Part shown: positions 47,471-60,248 of the stretch, in pieces
Layout: the number at the start of each line of letters is the position of its first letter
Numbering within the stretch: position 1 is the first letter of the stretch
Assembly: GCA_963825865.1 (NCBI GenBank)
Contig: CAWGVG010000062.1
Span: 96,001 to 160,000, forward strand
Direction: 5' to 3'
Length of the DNA: 64,000 bases
Source: an uncultured Nitrososphaeraceae archaeon
GTDB taxonomy: Archaea; Thermoproteota; Nitrososphaeria; Nitrososphaerales; Nitrososphaeraceae
Notes under the pieces: generated by a model
Database searches by the model: none
What the model was told of the DNA's origin: nothing
What the model saw: only the letters and a program-made list of their open reading frames with translations
Position numbers and translations under genes: made by a program

Positions 47471-48202
47471 CCTGCTTCTGTCCTATATTCATCATTGCAT
47501 TTTATATTAATAATGGTTAGTGTGACAGAAATGGTATTATTAACTTATCAGAAGCAACTTGTTTTTTATTATTTACCCACGCTATCTTATTTCAATGTTT
47601 TTGTGTTTAAAGGCTCTATATAGAAATAATCTATATGAGATTGATAGTTTAAACACCATGCTGTATTGTATGAGGTTTGGGTTACAGGCTGTTCAATGAG
47701 TGATTTAAAAATAAAGGAAGCATTTACGTTACATTCAATGGTTTAACAATCAAGTAATGCTGTATTAAAAGCGGAGGGCTTTGTATCAGATGAAGGTTCT
47801 GAAGTTGAAAAGCGTTCCCCCTAAAGCCAGTCTACTGCAGCAACTGCAAGGAGGCTAATCTCAAAAATGCCAAGTGATGTTCAAAGTGCGACATGCACAA
47901 GACCATACAATCATGGAAGTGATGCAGCACTAGATAATAAAAACAAGCACATTTCGTGTGGGAAATCACCAGTAATCAATCATCTTTGAAGGTCACTGTC
48001 TTATTACAGCAAGATTTAGTCTTTTTATTCGCTCCATTATCCACACTATAATTTAATACCGCGTTCCAAATGTGACTTTAATATTTGACTAAATAGAAGA
48101 AGATTGTTGTTATTAAGAACATATGAAAAGAACAAGGAGAAGCGATGTGTCTAATAATAGGTTTTAGCTTACTGTTTAAGCAGTGTTTTGCCTTGGCGCC
48201 AG

Positions 48203-48553
48203 TTAGCGAGGACTATAATATATTATTACTACTCCTACTCGTACAATAAAGGATCCAATGATTTCATATCTGCCTGGCTTCTTTTTGTCTATCAATACTC
48301 CCCAGAGAATAGAGAAAACTATGAATATTCCACCATATGCTGCATAAGTTCGGTGGAAATGGGACGGTTGAAAAGTTGGATTTATCCCGTATACAAACAA
48401 TATAAAGCCGCCAATAATCATTAAAATCCAACTCATATCTTCTCTTAACCATAGCCAAACAAGATACCCACCACCGATTTCACACAGTTTTGCAAGAAAA
48501 AATAGGAATAAACTAATTGAAATATCCTTGATATTACTGTTCGATGGCGACAC
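48203..48553 (-). CDS. YnfA family (UPF0060) small membrane protein
   Basis: CEIGGGYLVWLWLR and RTYAAYGGIF. Confidence 0.88.
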   Translation of the reverse strand: MSPSNSNIKDISISLFLFFLAKLCEIGGGYLVWLWLREDMSWILMIIGGFILFVYGINPTFQPSHFHRTYAAYGGIFIVFSILWGVLIDKKKPGRYEIIGSFIVRVGVVIIYYSPR

Positions 48554-48980
48554 TAGTTGCGAAAGCCATTACTATAAAAATCTGACTAAGGCTTTGAATT
48601 CCAAACTACTCTTTGGTGAATTCCTTTGAATCCTCCAAAGTTATACTATTGAATGGAGTTATAGTTTTATTATTATTATTGGTTATTATTTAACTAATTT
48701 TTCCTCTTCTTTTTTTTGTTTTTCTATAGGCCTCCGGGGCTACGTTTTTCGTTTTTCCTTACCTCTCTTTGTAATTAATTTTCTTAATTTTGCGGTCTCT
48801 TTCATCAGCGTATCTGCATCATAACCATTAAAATCACAGAATTTTTTATCTTGAATTACTGGCAATTCTTCGCTGCTCCTGTAGTTCTTCTACCTCCTCT
48901 TCCTTTTGTTTCCATAATTACACTTACTTTACCTAATTTCCCTTGACAACTTAAATAGTTTCTTTTGTAAACAATAATAT

Positions 48981-49776
48981 ATGCGAGAACAGCAGATTAA
49001 AGAAAGGGTAAAAAAAAGATATGGCAAGATAGCGTTAACAGGTAATAATTCTGAATGTTGTTGTAAAGTGGTGTATCACAAGAAGAATGTGCTAGTGAAA
49101 ATGGTTAATCACCAATGCAATCTGTGAAAGTCTATTGGTTATGACACTACGGATATAGAATCCATTCCTGAAAGTTCCATACTTGGAGTCGGATGTGGTG
49201 CACCTACAAAATTTTCTGATATCAGACAAGGAGAAACTGTTGTAGATTTAGGTTCAGGAGCAGGAATTGACGTATTTTTGGCGGCTAATAGGGTTGGAGA
49301 GTCAGGCAAAGTAATCGGTATTGACATGACAGATGAAATGTTAGAAAAGGCAAGTAAAAATGCAAAGGATAATGACTATACGACAAATGTAGAATTTCGC
49401 AAAGGAGATATTGAAAAAAGAATTCCTGTTGAAGATAATACTGTGGATTTAGTTATAAGCAATTGTGTTATCAATTTGACTACTGATAAAGTAAACACGT
49501 TCAAAGAAATCTACAGAGTATTGAAAAACGATGGAGGTAGAATGATAATTTCGGATTTGGTTACTGAAGAGAGGTAAAGATAGAAATTCAGTTAATCCAG
49601 AAAAATGGTGTAGTTGTATTGATGGCGCATTAACAAAAGAGAATTACTTGCAGAGCATAAGATCTGCAGGATTTAAAAATGTAAACGTGCTGGAAGAAAA
49701 GTCATATATCGAACCCGATGCGGTAGATGGAGGAAGAAAAATTTCTAGTTTAATGATAAAAGCAGTCAAGGATTAA
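48981..49776 (+). CDS. arsM: Arsenite S-adenosylmethyltransferase, several indels
   Basis: YGKIA...CC, LGVGCGAP, VVDLGSGAGID, ISNCVINL and WCSCIDGA read across frames. Confidence 0.85.
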
Positions 49777-49801
49777 TGAAGGTTCATTATGAAGTTCTTA
49801 T

Positions 49802-50236
49802 TTGGTAGACAAATCAAACAAACAAGCTGAACAGGAGAAAGAAAAGACTGTTCTATTTGTATGTGTAGAAAACGCAGGAAGAAGCCAAATGGCAGAGGGT
49901 TTCTTTAGGAAATATGCCCCAAGAGGTTATTCAGCCATAAGTGCAGGAACAAAACCAGCAGGAGAAATCAACCCACTTGCCATACAAGTAATGAAAGAAC
50001 TTAGTATTGACATTAGCAAACAAAAGCCTAAGATAATTACGGAAGACATGATAAAAAATTCGACTGTGAGGGTAAATATGGGATGTATGGACAAGGAATC
50101 ATGCCCTACATTATTCATTCACAACGTGTAAATTGAATGGGGAATCGAAGATCCTAAAGGCAAGTCATTGGAGAAGATAAGAGAAATTAGAGATATTATT
50201 GAACAAAGGGTAAGGCAACTTGCCACAGTTGTGTAA
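49802..50236 (+). CDS. arsC: Arsenate reductase (thioredoxin-coupled, LMW-PTPase fold), frameshift near 50128
   Basis: LFVCVENAGRSQMAE, SAGT, MGC...CP and WGIEDP. Confidence 0.9.
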
Positions 50237-50917
50237 AGATAGCCCGCAGATTAAGTTCTAATCAAAAGAAGTTTATAGCCGAAGTTATTGGCACGTTTAT
50301 TATTCAGTTGTGTTTTCCACTGGCTCTGTAGTTATAGATGCTAAAGTAAATAGAAGATTAGGAGTTCCGTTTATTGCATTTGCTCCATTTGTAGGTGTTG
50401 CAACGACAGTTTATCTTTTTGGAAAAATCTCTATGGCTCAGTTCAATCCTGCTGTTACAGTCGGGTTTATGATTACAAAACATATTATTACAAGGATTCA
50501 ATTAGTATACTACTTTACGGCAGAGATAATAGGTGCATTATTTGGGAGTTTATTTGTAAAATATTTCATAGGTAATACAGCCAATTTAGGCGCTAATTCA
50601 CCAAATTATAGTTTTCCAATACCTGTAATTTTTGGAATTGAGGTTATAGCATCTGCTTTCCTCATGTCTGTGATCTTGATTGCTGTCTATATGAAGGGAC
50701 TAAAAGGTTTTGGCGGAATTGCAATAGGAGGAATAGTTGGTCTGGACATATTCTTCTTCTCATCTATCTCTGGTGCTTCAATGAATCCTGCTAGGTCATT
50801 GGCTCCTGCATTGCTTTCTGGATCTATGGAGGAATTTATGGCTTTACTGGTAGTGCAACTTTTGTTGGAACTTCAATTGTTGCATTAATATTCAGAAGAA
50901 AATTTGTTCATGTTTAA
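50234..50917 (+). CDS. Aquaporin/MIP channel (likely arsenite efflux), with indels
   Basis: FIAEVIGTF, FNPAVT and SGASMNPARS; directly after arsC. Confidence 0.85.
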
Positions 50918-51248
50918 CAAGTATCTTATTAATTTATCATAGTGTTTGTTCAGCGGATATCCCGTTTGAGTTTTTTAAATAACTCTTCTCCACATATCCA
51001 AGGAAACGGACCTAACATAATTAGCGACTAAAAGGCTTGTTATGGATAATACAATAGCCTTAAAGAATACAATATCAGCAAATGATGCCAACAAGGTTAT
51101 GTTATAGTAACACAGAATATAATTATTGAACATCATAGATCAACAATTTAATGCGTCTTTGATGTAATTCAATATAATGGTTTAAAATTATAGCAAGGTC
51201 CGCAATAAATCAAATATATTATAATAACAAAATGCTTGTTAGAATTTC

Positions 51249-51792
51249 ATGAAGAACAACACAACTTTAATAATCGTCGCAACAGCGATTATGATATCCG
51301 CATTTATGGTGACAGCAGTTGTATGGCATCAGCAACAAACGCAAGCCATGATGGAGTCTAAGAGTCGCTCCATATCATGTGTAGACAATCAGCCATGTCA
51401 TACTTCAAGTGAACAGATTCAAGTACACCTTCTCCAACACTAGCACCTTCTCCGGCATCAATATTAATGCCCCATTCATCAACATCAACATCTACACCTT
51501 CTCCAGCATCATCAAAATTACATCACCATAACTTCCATACTCTTCGACAATGACTACGAGCCACCCTTCAGCGTTGAATTCAACACAAGCACCTTCTCCA
51601 GCATCAATATTAATGCCCCATTCATCAACATCAACATCTACACCTTCTCCAGCATCATCAAAATTACATCACCATAACTTCCATCACTCGACAATGACTA
51701 CGAGCCACCCTTCAGCGTTGAATTCAACTGAGAGCCTATCCGACGATTATCGTTCTATAGCCAATGAGCTATCTAATTTAACGAGCAGCTGA
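51249..51792 (+). CDS. Secreted Ser/Thr/Pro/His-rich repeat protein, frameshifted
   Basis: Signal peptide plus CVDNQPC, followed by tandem repeat units. Confidence 0.55.
51442..51728 (+). repeat. Tandem duplication of about 144 bp (51442-51584 and 51588-51728)
   Basis: Near-identical units beginning AGCACCTTCTCC and ending GTTGAATTCAAC. Confidence 0.88.
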
Positions 51793-52012
51793 AACAACGA
51801 GCCTCTACAACTAGCTAAACATAGCAATGTAAGATAGCTTTCATATTTTTCATGTCTTGCATTCAATTTTCTAAATCCGTTATGTCATAAGTTGGCTCTT
51901 TCTCCAACACAACCCATATTGTGGTATTAGCGCGTCGTATGATTAATTTTTGTATAGTGATCCTCTTTTTTTTTATTTGGCTCTCAACTATGTCTATATA
52001 TGTATGATTCCA

Positions 52013-52536
52013 TCACTTGGTGTTACCAACCATAGCATTAGCTGTTAAAGTATCAGTAGCATTACTCAGAACAATTCTCTCTCCAAATGTCTGTCCGTTA
52101 TCGTTACTTGCTCTGAACGCTGGCTCTTTTATTCCATCCTTTTCATTTACTTCCCACCACGATACGTATACGTTACTTTCCTCTGCTCTTATTGATGGAT
52201 CGACTGAATCAAATTTAGTCGAATTGCTTAGATTAATTTTTGGACCAAATGTCTTGCCGTCATCGCTAGATGCTCTAAACATTATTTCAAAGTTTCCTCC
52301 AGTTTTATTACTTGACCAGGTTATGTAGACATTGTTTCCAGATGTAGATATGGGTGCCAAAAATAAAGGATACAACATTGCACAGCTTTTTGTACAGTAG
52401 CAGAGCCTGTTAATTGTGAAGGTAGTGGAGTCATAGCACCGTACACATTGGTCATTTGTAAAATTACTAAAAATAATGCCATGGATACAGATAGACTTAC
52501 GCTAACAATTATGGTTCTGTACCTTAACCTTAACAT
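52013..52536 (-). CDS. Secreted BNR/Asp-box (sialidase-like) repeat protein, frameshift near 52370
   Basis: Signal peptide; FRASSDDGKTFG and FRASNDNGQTFG Asp-boxes. Confidence 0.75.
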
Positions 52537-53849
52537 TTTCCTCCTATGCTGAGAAATAAGAGTTATAAGAGTTCATAAGTTGGTCTTGGATCACCTGTTA
52601 CTCATCCATTTGCTACGTTATAAGAGCTAGCCCCGTTAACCGGGGTTGCTCCATGTGTATGACCCAAAACAAGATTAATAACACCAGGCGTAGATGGATC
52701 AAAGGTAGTACCTGAAAAAATTATCGCTCATTGCATAGTGCTGAGCACAGTTCAATAACGCAGTCACAGTATTACGATCATAATAACCCATAACCTGCTT
52801 GAGGCGGTCAGGATCTCATCTAAATCCACATTGCTTTGGATTTGGAGATGTGTATTTTACGAACTTATCCATCAAGCCTCCATTAGTTGCATTCTGTCCT
52901 TCATAGAGACATATAGATTAGATACTTCTATATTGATATCAAGCTTTCATTTTCGATATGCCTTTCTTTTCCAAATTGCTTTCCAAAAGTGCGAGACAAT
53001 GGATGAAATGGCACAAAATTGGCAGTCTGAGTTTTCGCAAATAATAAGGAAAGTAGTAGGATTAGCAATATTACGATTCGTAGGAAGTCCAATATCTAAA
53101 GGAGATGAGAAACGATATGAAACAATATTTCGGAAAATATTGGAAAAACAACTAGAACCACAAGAAGCAGACAATTTCTAAAAGAACTGGAACAGAAATA
53201 TCCTAAAAGTTAGAGACGTGCACTTTAGCGGAGATGTGGATATAATAGATACAACATGCGAATTAGCACAAGTGGCGCATATAGCAATAACTGCAATTAT
53301 ATTGGCAAGAAAGAACAAGAAAGGTTAGTTGGTCAAAGAAACCAGCTAAAGTAAATAAACAAGACTGCAAAACAGTATAGATCTGTTTTTAGGATCATTG
53401 TTACGCATAATTGGTAAAAATTATTCCAAATTGCTATTCAGGGACAGCAGTAGCGGCATAAGAAGAAGCTAACAACAGGCTACCAAACATGGTTTTCCTG
53501 TTTGGTAATTGAAGTGAGGTAATTGCCCTATTCATTAAGATCAGCCAAGTCTCAGCTGTCTGGAAATTCTAATGTTTTTACTGTCAACTTTTAGGAAAGT
53601 ATGTCACAGAAACAGACGATAGACATAGTCGTGCCTCCTATCGAGGGAGGGATGAAAGAAAAGGCTATGCCAACGTATAAGCAAGTCTCTTGCTATCATA
53701 CACTAATTGGGAAAATCAGTTTGGAAATAGGATTAGCGAAGACAATGAAAATGTGGATTTTCGTTATTAGCGATCCTTTATATAAAAAACGGCTGCATCC
53801 ATTGTATATTCTAGACGAACAATGAAATGCATGGCGATATATTGCATTA

Positions 53850-54203
53850 TTACTGTAACTTTAGTCCTATAGCCCTATCAATTATTTTCGAATGATCAGC
53901 TTGTACCTCGGTTGTTATATACAAAACATGATTATCGTCCAACGGCATAGTAATGCGCTTAATCTTTTCATATTCAGCTAATACGTATTTTCCTTTTCCA
54001 ATCTTTGGTGCAAGTTGGCTACGCGTCTTCCAAGCGTTAATAGCCAGTTCAAGTGATTTTTTACTCTCTTCTGGTGTGAGCAAGTTCTTTACGCCTTGCC
54101 TATGTTCTGAATACATTATTTTGCCATTTAGATCACAGATTGTCACCAGTCTAATGTTTGGGTCACTGTTCATGATTTCTTCATAAATGCGTTTATAATC
54201 CAT
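53850..54203 (-). CDS. Thaumarchaeal roadblock/longin-like small protein
   Basis: IRLVTICDLNGK...IGKGKYVLAEYEKIKRITMP. Confidence 0.7.
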   Translation of the reverse strand: MDYKRIYEEIMNSDPNIRLVTICDLNGKIMYSEHRQGVKNLLTPEESKKSLELAINAWKTRSQLAPKIGKGKYVLAEYEKIKRITMPLDDNHVLYITTEVQADHSKIIDRAIGLKLQ

Positions 54204-54398
54204 TATCTAGGTATGTATGTAGCGAACTTAATAAGATTTTTCGAAAACGACTCAATAAACATGGCATCTTTTGCTTCTTGTTATGTTTGGTACTAAACCA
54301 TAATGCAAGCGATGTAAACCCAAGGATATGCAAATTATAACTTAACTAACTCTCATATCATAAACTACATGCCTAGAAAATATGCATAGCTAACTACA

Positions 54399-54931
54399 TC
54401 AATGTTTATTGCATCTTTCAATCGCCTTGGAGATACTTTTCTTTGCAACTTCTTTACCTTCCCATCTTATTACTTTGACATATTTTCCCTTTTCTAAGTC
54501 TTTGTGATGCTCGATGAAATGCTTGATCTGGTTGAGTATATGCTCTTCAATACTATCGATATCTCTAACAGTTGAAAAACTTGGATCTAATTTTGTATTA
54601 GGTACTGCAATGATCTTTGAATCCTGTCCTTCTTGGTCTTCAGTTAACAATATTCCAACTGGACGGGCACGAATCACCGACATTGGTATCTACAGGATCA
54701 TCTCCCAGTACGAATACATCTAAAGGATCTCCATCTTCTTCTTTAGTATTAGGAATAAAGCCGTAATTACAAGGATAAAACATTGCAGTGGATAATTTTC
54801 TATCTACAAATATTCTCTCCGCTTTCGACATCTATTTCATATTTGATGTTACTATCCTTTGGTATCTCTACTATAACATTAAATTCATCAGAACGATTTT
54901 TGTCTGAATTCAGTTTGTTTATGACAGTCAT
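54399..54931 (-). CDS. ppa: Inorganic pyrophosphatase (family I), two indels
   Basis: [30 protein letters not shown] and DSKII. Confidence 0.92.
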
Positions 54932-55253
54932 TTCTTATCAATAAAAGTCAAACACATATCTAAAATATATATTATATCCAAAAAAAGCTGTTATAAAGAA
55001 ATCCATATTATGGATACAGAACTGTGTGAAGTTATGAGGTACTTGTAGGATTTATTCAAAGATTCATTGAATGAATTTAGGGCTTAATATTTTGCTACTC
55101 AATTCTTGGGCACATCATTGTATTCCATTTAAATATCGCAGACAATTGGTCAGAGGAAACACAAAATCAGTCATCTAGAGATACCTGGAAAAATTCCACG
55201 ATCAAAATGATTTCCATCTCATACTCTCAATCGAGCTGCGTAGTATATACACA

Positions 55254-56082
55254 TCAGGCTAAGGACCAAATTTGATTTAAGAAATTCTCCTTAGGATTAG
55301 AGAGGTTACCCTTGCAAAATTGAATGAATTCTTCATATTTATGATTTCTTTCTTCAATTTCATCATCAAGAATATAATGAACTGCTCTTGGATTTCTAAT
55401 CCTTTTTAGATAGGCTATAGTAATATCTTCGTCATGTATTGATCCTAGCATATCTTGTATCTCTTCCAATTCGGTTATCATTCTTTGTATTTCCTTGTTT
55501 TGATCAGGCAGTAACTCCAACAAATACCTCAATTTTTTACAATCCTTTCTCATTTCGTGCAATTCTCCTACCTTTTTACTATTTGTAAGTACCGATTGGA
55601 AAATTTAGCTCTATTCTGTCGCTAAATCTACCTACTATATTTTTAAACCTCTGTTGTAATTTTTTCCCAGGTATGTCCTCTTCATCGATCTTGGGTGATT
55701 TATCTTTTAACGACAATGCAACATTCCTAGCTTTTCTAATTTTTGTATCTCTTCTTTTTTCTAAAGATCTGGTTAGTTCCGCATATATCGAATCTGAAGA
55801 ATATTTTTTTAACTTTCCGTAAATTATATCATAATCTCTAATTTGGCTATTTATTTTAAAAAGCCGTTTGCTTGCTGTAATGTAATTAGATACTCTAGTC
55901 CTTTTACGAACTTTCTTTGGTAATGATCTAAAGGAAGCATCCAGTTTTCTAATAGCTGTCCTAATGTCATGTATGTTATCCTCATTTGGATCAGCGAGGT
56001 AGTTATTGACTCTATTATCTACCTTTTGTATATTTTCTTGGAGTTTTGTTACAAAGGGTTTAGTAGAAATTGAGAATGTCAT
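55254..56082 (-). CDS. CHAD domain (polyphosphate-binding) protein, frameshift near 55590
   Basis: IHDIRTAIRKL, RDYDI, HEMRKDCKKLRYLLE and QDMLGSIHD. Confidence 0.9.
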
Positions 56083-56180
56083 AATAGTCTTTTGCAGGTG
56101 TTACCTATGTATATGTATTGGTCCACATTGATTTGTCTTCTTTCAACGAATAATTATTTTTACTCAGTTTTTGATTATCA

Positions 56181-56723
56181 TCATAACTTTGTTTGGAGAG
56201 TGGAGAATGTTGATGATAATCTGTTGTACATCTTAAGCAACATCTCTCGGCTCAATACCATTATTAATTTTCCTTTAGTATCAGAGTTTAGTGCTTCCCA
56301 TCGCCTAATAAATAAATTCACCTGTGATAAAGTACAAGTTTGCATCGACCGGACTTCTCCTGTCAACATCTCTATCAACTCTTCTAGGCCAGGATTATGT
56401 CCAACTACGAGTACTATTCTACAGTCATCGGAGATGCGACGCAAGACTTCCATATATGCTTCCGGGCCGGCCTGGTAAAAGGAACTGGTCAAAGTGATCT
56501 CCCCTTTGTAGCCACAGACCTTAGCGACGGCTTCCGCTGTGGAGAGAGCTCGCATTGCTGTGGAGCTTAGGATCATATCCGGGATCAGATTCTTGTATCG
56601 CAACAGTTTACCCATGTAAGGTGCATCACGTTTGCCGCGCTTATTGAGAGGACGGTCGTGGTCTACCAATTCGAGATGTTTCCAGCTTGACTTCGCATGG
56701 CGAAGGATGAGTAATGTTTTCAT
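56181..56723 (-). CDS. SixA-like histidine phosphatase, second copy
   Basis: LRHAKSSW, DHDRPLNKRG, SSTAMRA and VGHNP. Confidence 0.9.
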   Translation of the reverse strand: MKTLLILRHAKSSWKHLELVDHDRPLNKRGKRDAPYMGKLLRYKNLIPDMILSSTAMRALSTAEAVAKVCGYKGEITLTSSFYQAGPEAYMEVLRRISDDCRIVLVVGHNPGLEELIEMLTGEVRSMQTCTLSQVNLFIRRWEALNSDTKGKLIMVLSREMLLKMYNRLSSTFSTLQTKL

Positions 56724-56798
56724 CTACAATCTTTATATCACCTAGAATATAGTTTGCTCGTAAATTTTTCCTATATAGATAAACCTGCCTGTAGATCT

Positions 56799-57050
56799 CT
56801 AATTTGGTTTTGAATCTATTACTATTTCACAAATATCGTCCTTTGTTATAGTGATAAGGTAAATATTGTTACTGGAACACAAAGGGCAAGAATGAATATG
56901 GCATCTTCTATTTTGTTTTTCTGAGAACTTAAAAATGGTTGCATTCCAAAAACATGTTTCACAAATTACGAACTGGCAGTCAATATTGTCGTATGTCCAA
57001 CTTTGAACCAATGAAGAATTACTAGAAAAGGAAGAGGTAACAGAATGCAT
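56799..57050 (-). CDS. Small Cys-rich zinc-ribbon protein (CExCFW...CPxC family)
   Basis: QFVICETCFWNATIFK...CPLC. Confidence 0.7.
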   Translation of the reverse strand: MHSVTSSFSSNSSLVQSWTYDNIDCQFVICETCFWNATIFKFSEKQNRRCHIHSCPLCSSNNIYLITITKDDICEIVIDSKPN

Positions 57051-57734
57051 CTATTTACTTTATTTAAAAATGTGTATATACTCATTGTCGAATGTGATCT
57101 TATAGATATTCTTAATCTATATTGAGATAAGCTAGTACTATACCGATTATTATTAGGCTTCTAACAAAGGCAAAAATATGCTAACGATCATTCTTCTCAT
57201 ATTTTTATTAGGCTCATCTTGAATTTGCGTTTTACAGATTACTAGCTTAAATGTTCCTCGATAATGTCTTAGGATCTGCGTAAGAACCAATTTGGGGCTA
57301 TGGGTATGACAACATGAAAAAGGAGTCATCGTCATATTGGCTGAATTACATTATAAATGAGAAAATCGAATAATCGAAATTTTTGAACAAATACATTTTG
57401 AAATTCATGATTTATGGATAGGTGTCAAATAGTTGTTGGCTGATTTAACAGTCCATTTGTAGATATAATGGGAGTCCTACGAACTATCGCGAGACGCCAG
57501 TTTTTGAAGAATAAATTATATAGACTTAATATGGCTATCATTTTGAATCTAAGCACCCGTACTCTTATCCTGGGTCACGTATATCTCAAAAAATATGCTC
57601 AGAATTGGAAGCAAAAGAGATGCTCTCCTGGAAAACCACTTTATCTAATGTGTGATGCCTGAAAAGAAAAGAAGACGGATTGAAGAAATTATTATGTTTA
57701 TTTTTACTTTCATTACTGATAGAGCAATTGTCCG

Positions 57735-57962
57735 TTACTTTGTAGCATTGCCAGAGCTTGTCATGTTACCGCCACCGGAAGATGTGGTATTGACGCCACC
57801 ACCTGCTAGTGCGTTACTACCGCCACCAGCCATGCTTTGATTGCCCTGAGCCAATGCGGGAGTGGTTGGAAATAATCCTATAGCAACAGCTGCTGTTATC
57901 ACTAATGCGATTGTTGCAAAGGTAGCTATTGTTGTTTTTCTTCTATACATCATGGAAAACAT
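57735..57962 (-). CDS. Small secreted Gly-rich protein
   Basis: Signal peptide ending ALA-Q and GGG repeats. Confidence 0.6.
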   Translation of the reverse strand: MFSMMYRRKTTIATFATIALVITAAVAIGLFPTTPALAQGNQSMAGGGSNALAGGGVNTTSSGGGNMTSSGNATK

Positions 57963-58391
57963 AGTGGAAATCAGTAATATGCTACTGTATTAGAAGCTAA
58001 TCTAAGGAATGTATATAGTGGTATTGATATAACAGGAATCAAAATTATCTAAATATTTCCTTATCAGAAAATGGCACTTAAGTTAATTTTTTGATATATC
58101 AGTAGTTTTCGCATGGCGATGGCAAAATGGAAAGTGTAGCTGAACTAACAGAGAAGTTCATGCGCTATATAGCGGATTAAATGGATATAAATATATCTAA
58201 CTCATTTTCTGTTATCAGAAGCTTATCAAAAAATTATCTCTATTATTCTCTTGTTACGATTTTTGTATAGAGTTCCTTATTAAAATTTAATGATAAAGAA
58301 ATTAAGAAAAAACTGGTTTAAAAATAAATGTAATAGATAACCAATGATGTTTCTATCGTTGTCATCTGTCTATGATTAACCAAAAAAGAAG

Positions 58392-58635
58392 CGCATGTCT
58401 ACCATGTTAGTGATATCTCCATATGCAAAAGTAAACTTTGTTTACCACCAAATTACAGATCAGACATCTATACTGCGATGTCTGGGATGAATACATCTAT
58501 ACTGAAGATAACTGGAATCTGGGCAGAATCGGAGATCAGTCATTTGATGAAAAATCCGGCTTGCTTACGAAGATGTTGATTTTATCAGCAACAGAAATTT
58601 AGCAGATAAGCTCTTGTTGGATTCTTCAACTGGAT
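58392..58635 (+). pseudogene. Phosphoesterase (phospholipase C/acid phosphatase AcpA family) C-terminal remnant
   Basis: MLVISPYAKVNFVYHQITDQTSILR...EDNWNLGRIGDQSFD read across frames. Confidence 0.65.
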
Positions 58636-58810
58636 TGGAGATATTAATCTCAGACGTATTGAATACCTAAGGATTATACTCCATACTTAGAATATCTTTG
58701 GAGACAAAATTATGCTTTTATATCTAAAAGGTAATATGGCACTATATATCATATCTCTATATACCTCATTTAGATTAAAGTTCTATACAAGAGTATTTCT
58801 ACACACACAG

Positions 58811-59187
58811 ATGGCAGAAATTTCCTTTAACAGAGACAAATATATAGATTCACAAAATGACTTACAAAGCATATTTATAGAATCCTTACAATTTAACGAG
58901 AAACTATTTAGAGCATTCTCAGAAGCCTATTCAACATACATAAAGACAATTCTTTATACCAATAATCTTGTAAAAGGTTTACCAGAAACAGAAACGATTC
59001 TAAAAAGTAGAATAGGAAATATATTTGATGAAAGATTTAGAGAAAAAGATTTCGTTACTACCCTCGCGGATACTGTGGCAAGATATTCAGAATTGATCCA
59101 TCTGGACATGTTGGCCTAATAATGGGTCAGCATGCTCATAAGGAAATCTGGCCTAAGGTAGGTAGTTGGTTGAAAGATCGATTATAA
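58811..59187 (+). pseudogene. PHA synthase-like gene remnant with a large internal deletion
   Basis: A helical N-terminal part joined to SGHVGLIMGQHAHKEIWPKVGSWLKDRL*, typical of a class III PhaC C-terminus. Confidence 0.55.
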
Positions 59188-60248
59188 TTATTGCTTTAGT
59201 CAATCTTCGAATTCCATTTCTAATGCAAATCGTTCTTCAGTTACTGAGCCTCGCAACCTTCTGACTGATTTATTAGCTAATCTTTACAACTTGGGTTGTT
59301 CTGACAAACTATTGATGAGGCTCTATACAAATATAAATAAACCCTTCCTATTAAGGCCATCATCTTCGCAAAACATAGTAGTAGATATTTCTTTTAGTTT
59401 AGTGAAAGAAGCAAAGAAGAAAGAACGGTGGTATCAAATACCTAGTGAAGTTTAAATATTATTGTTTAGTTTATTCTAGCTATTCCGGGTTCTTTTGCTA
59501 TCTTTGTTCCCTCTATAGCCCCACGATAGAATTATTATCTATCAAAGTATCTTCCTCTTTTAGAAGTTTGCCATCATCTGACATTTCAAGAGTGAAGTTT
59601 CCAGTATTTTTTGAGTGACTCTTCAATTATCCTTGTTTGCCAAAGCTGTTAACCCAGGCATGCATGAAATCGTTGAAGGTTGATGGTGTGGCCCCATAGC
59701 AAGGCAGGGTACAATGTATATTTCTGAGGAGCTATTGGGGTTTCCAATCAACCTAAAGGTTGAAGTCTGCAAATTCAATCGGCCCATCTCAGAACAAAAG
59801 CCTATCGAAAATGAAATAAGAAGTATACTTAATGTCAATATAGGATCTAATGATCTACATATTTGCTGTTGATAATATTGGGTACTAGAAAAAATCCAAA
59901 AAAAATGATGAAGGCGATGTATTGTTAATTATTCTTTTTGAAATAGCAATAAGTCATGTCGAAAAATATCGCTACTGGCTAATTATATGTATGGCACGAA
60001 CGTTAAGAATTGATAGGATTGAGTCAAAACTAGCTACTGCTAAAAGCAGAGTATTATATAGATCCGAAGCATATTTAATAACGTCTTTTTCGTTTGATTA
60101 TACACGTCGGCTTGCTGCTACGCTAGATCTTTGTCAATAGATACTATAGATCTATAGATTTACCATACGATATCGAGTTAAAACAGTGGACTAAGGATTA
60201 TCATCGCGTTAGCTACAACTGCGAGATAAATCTAAGAGATATCAACAA

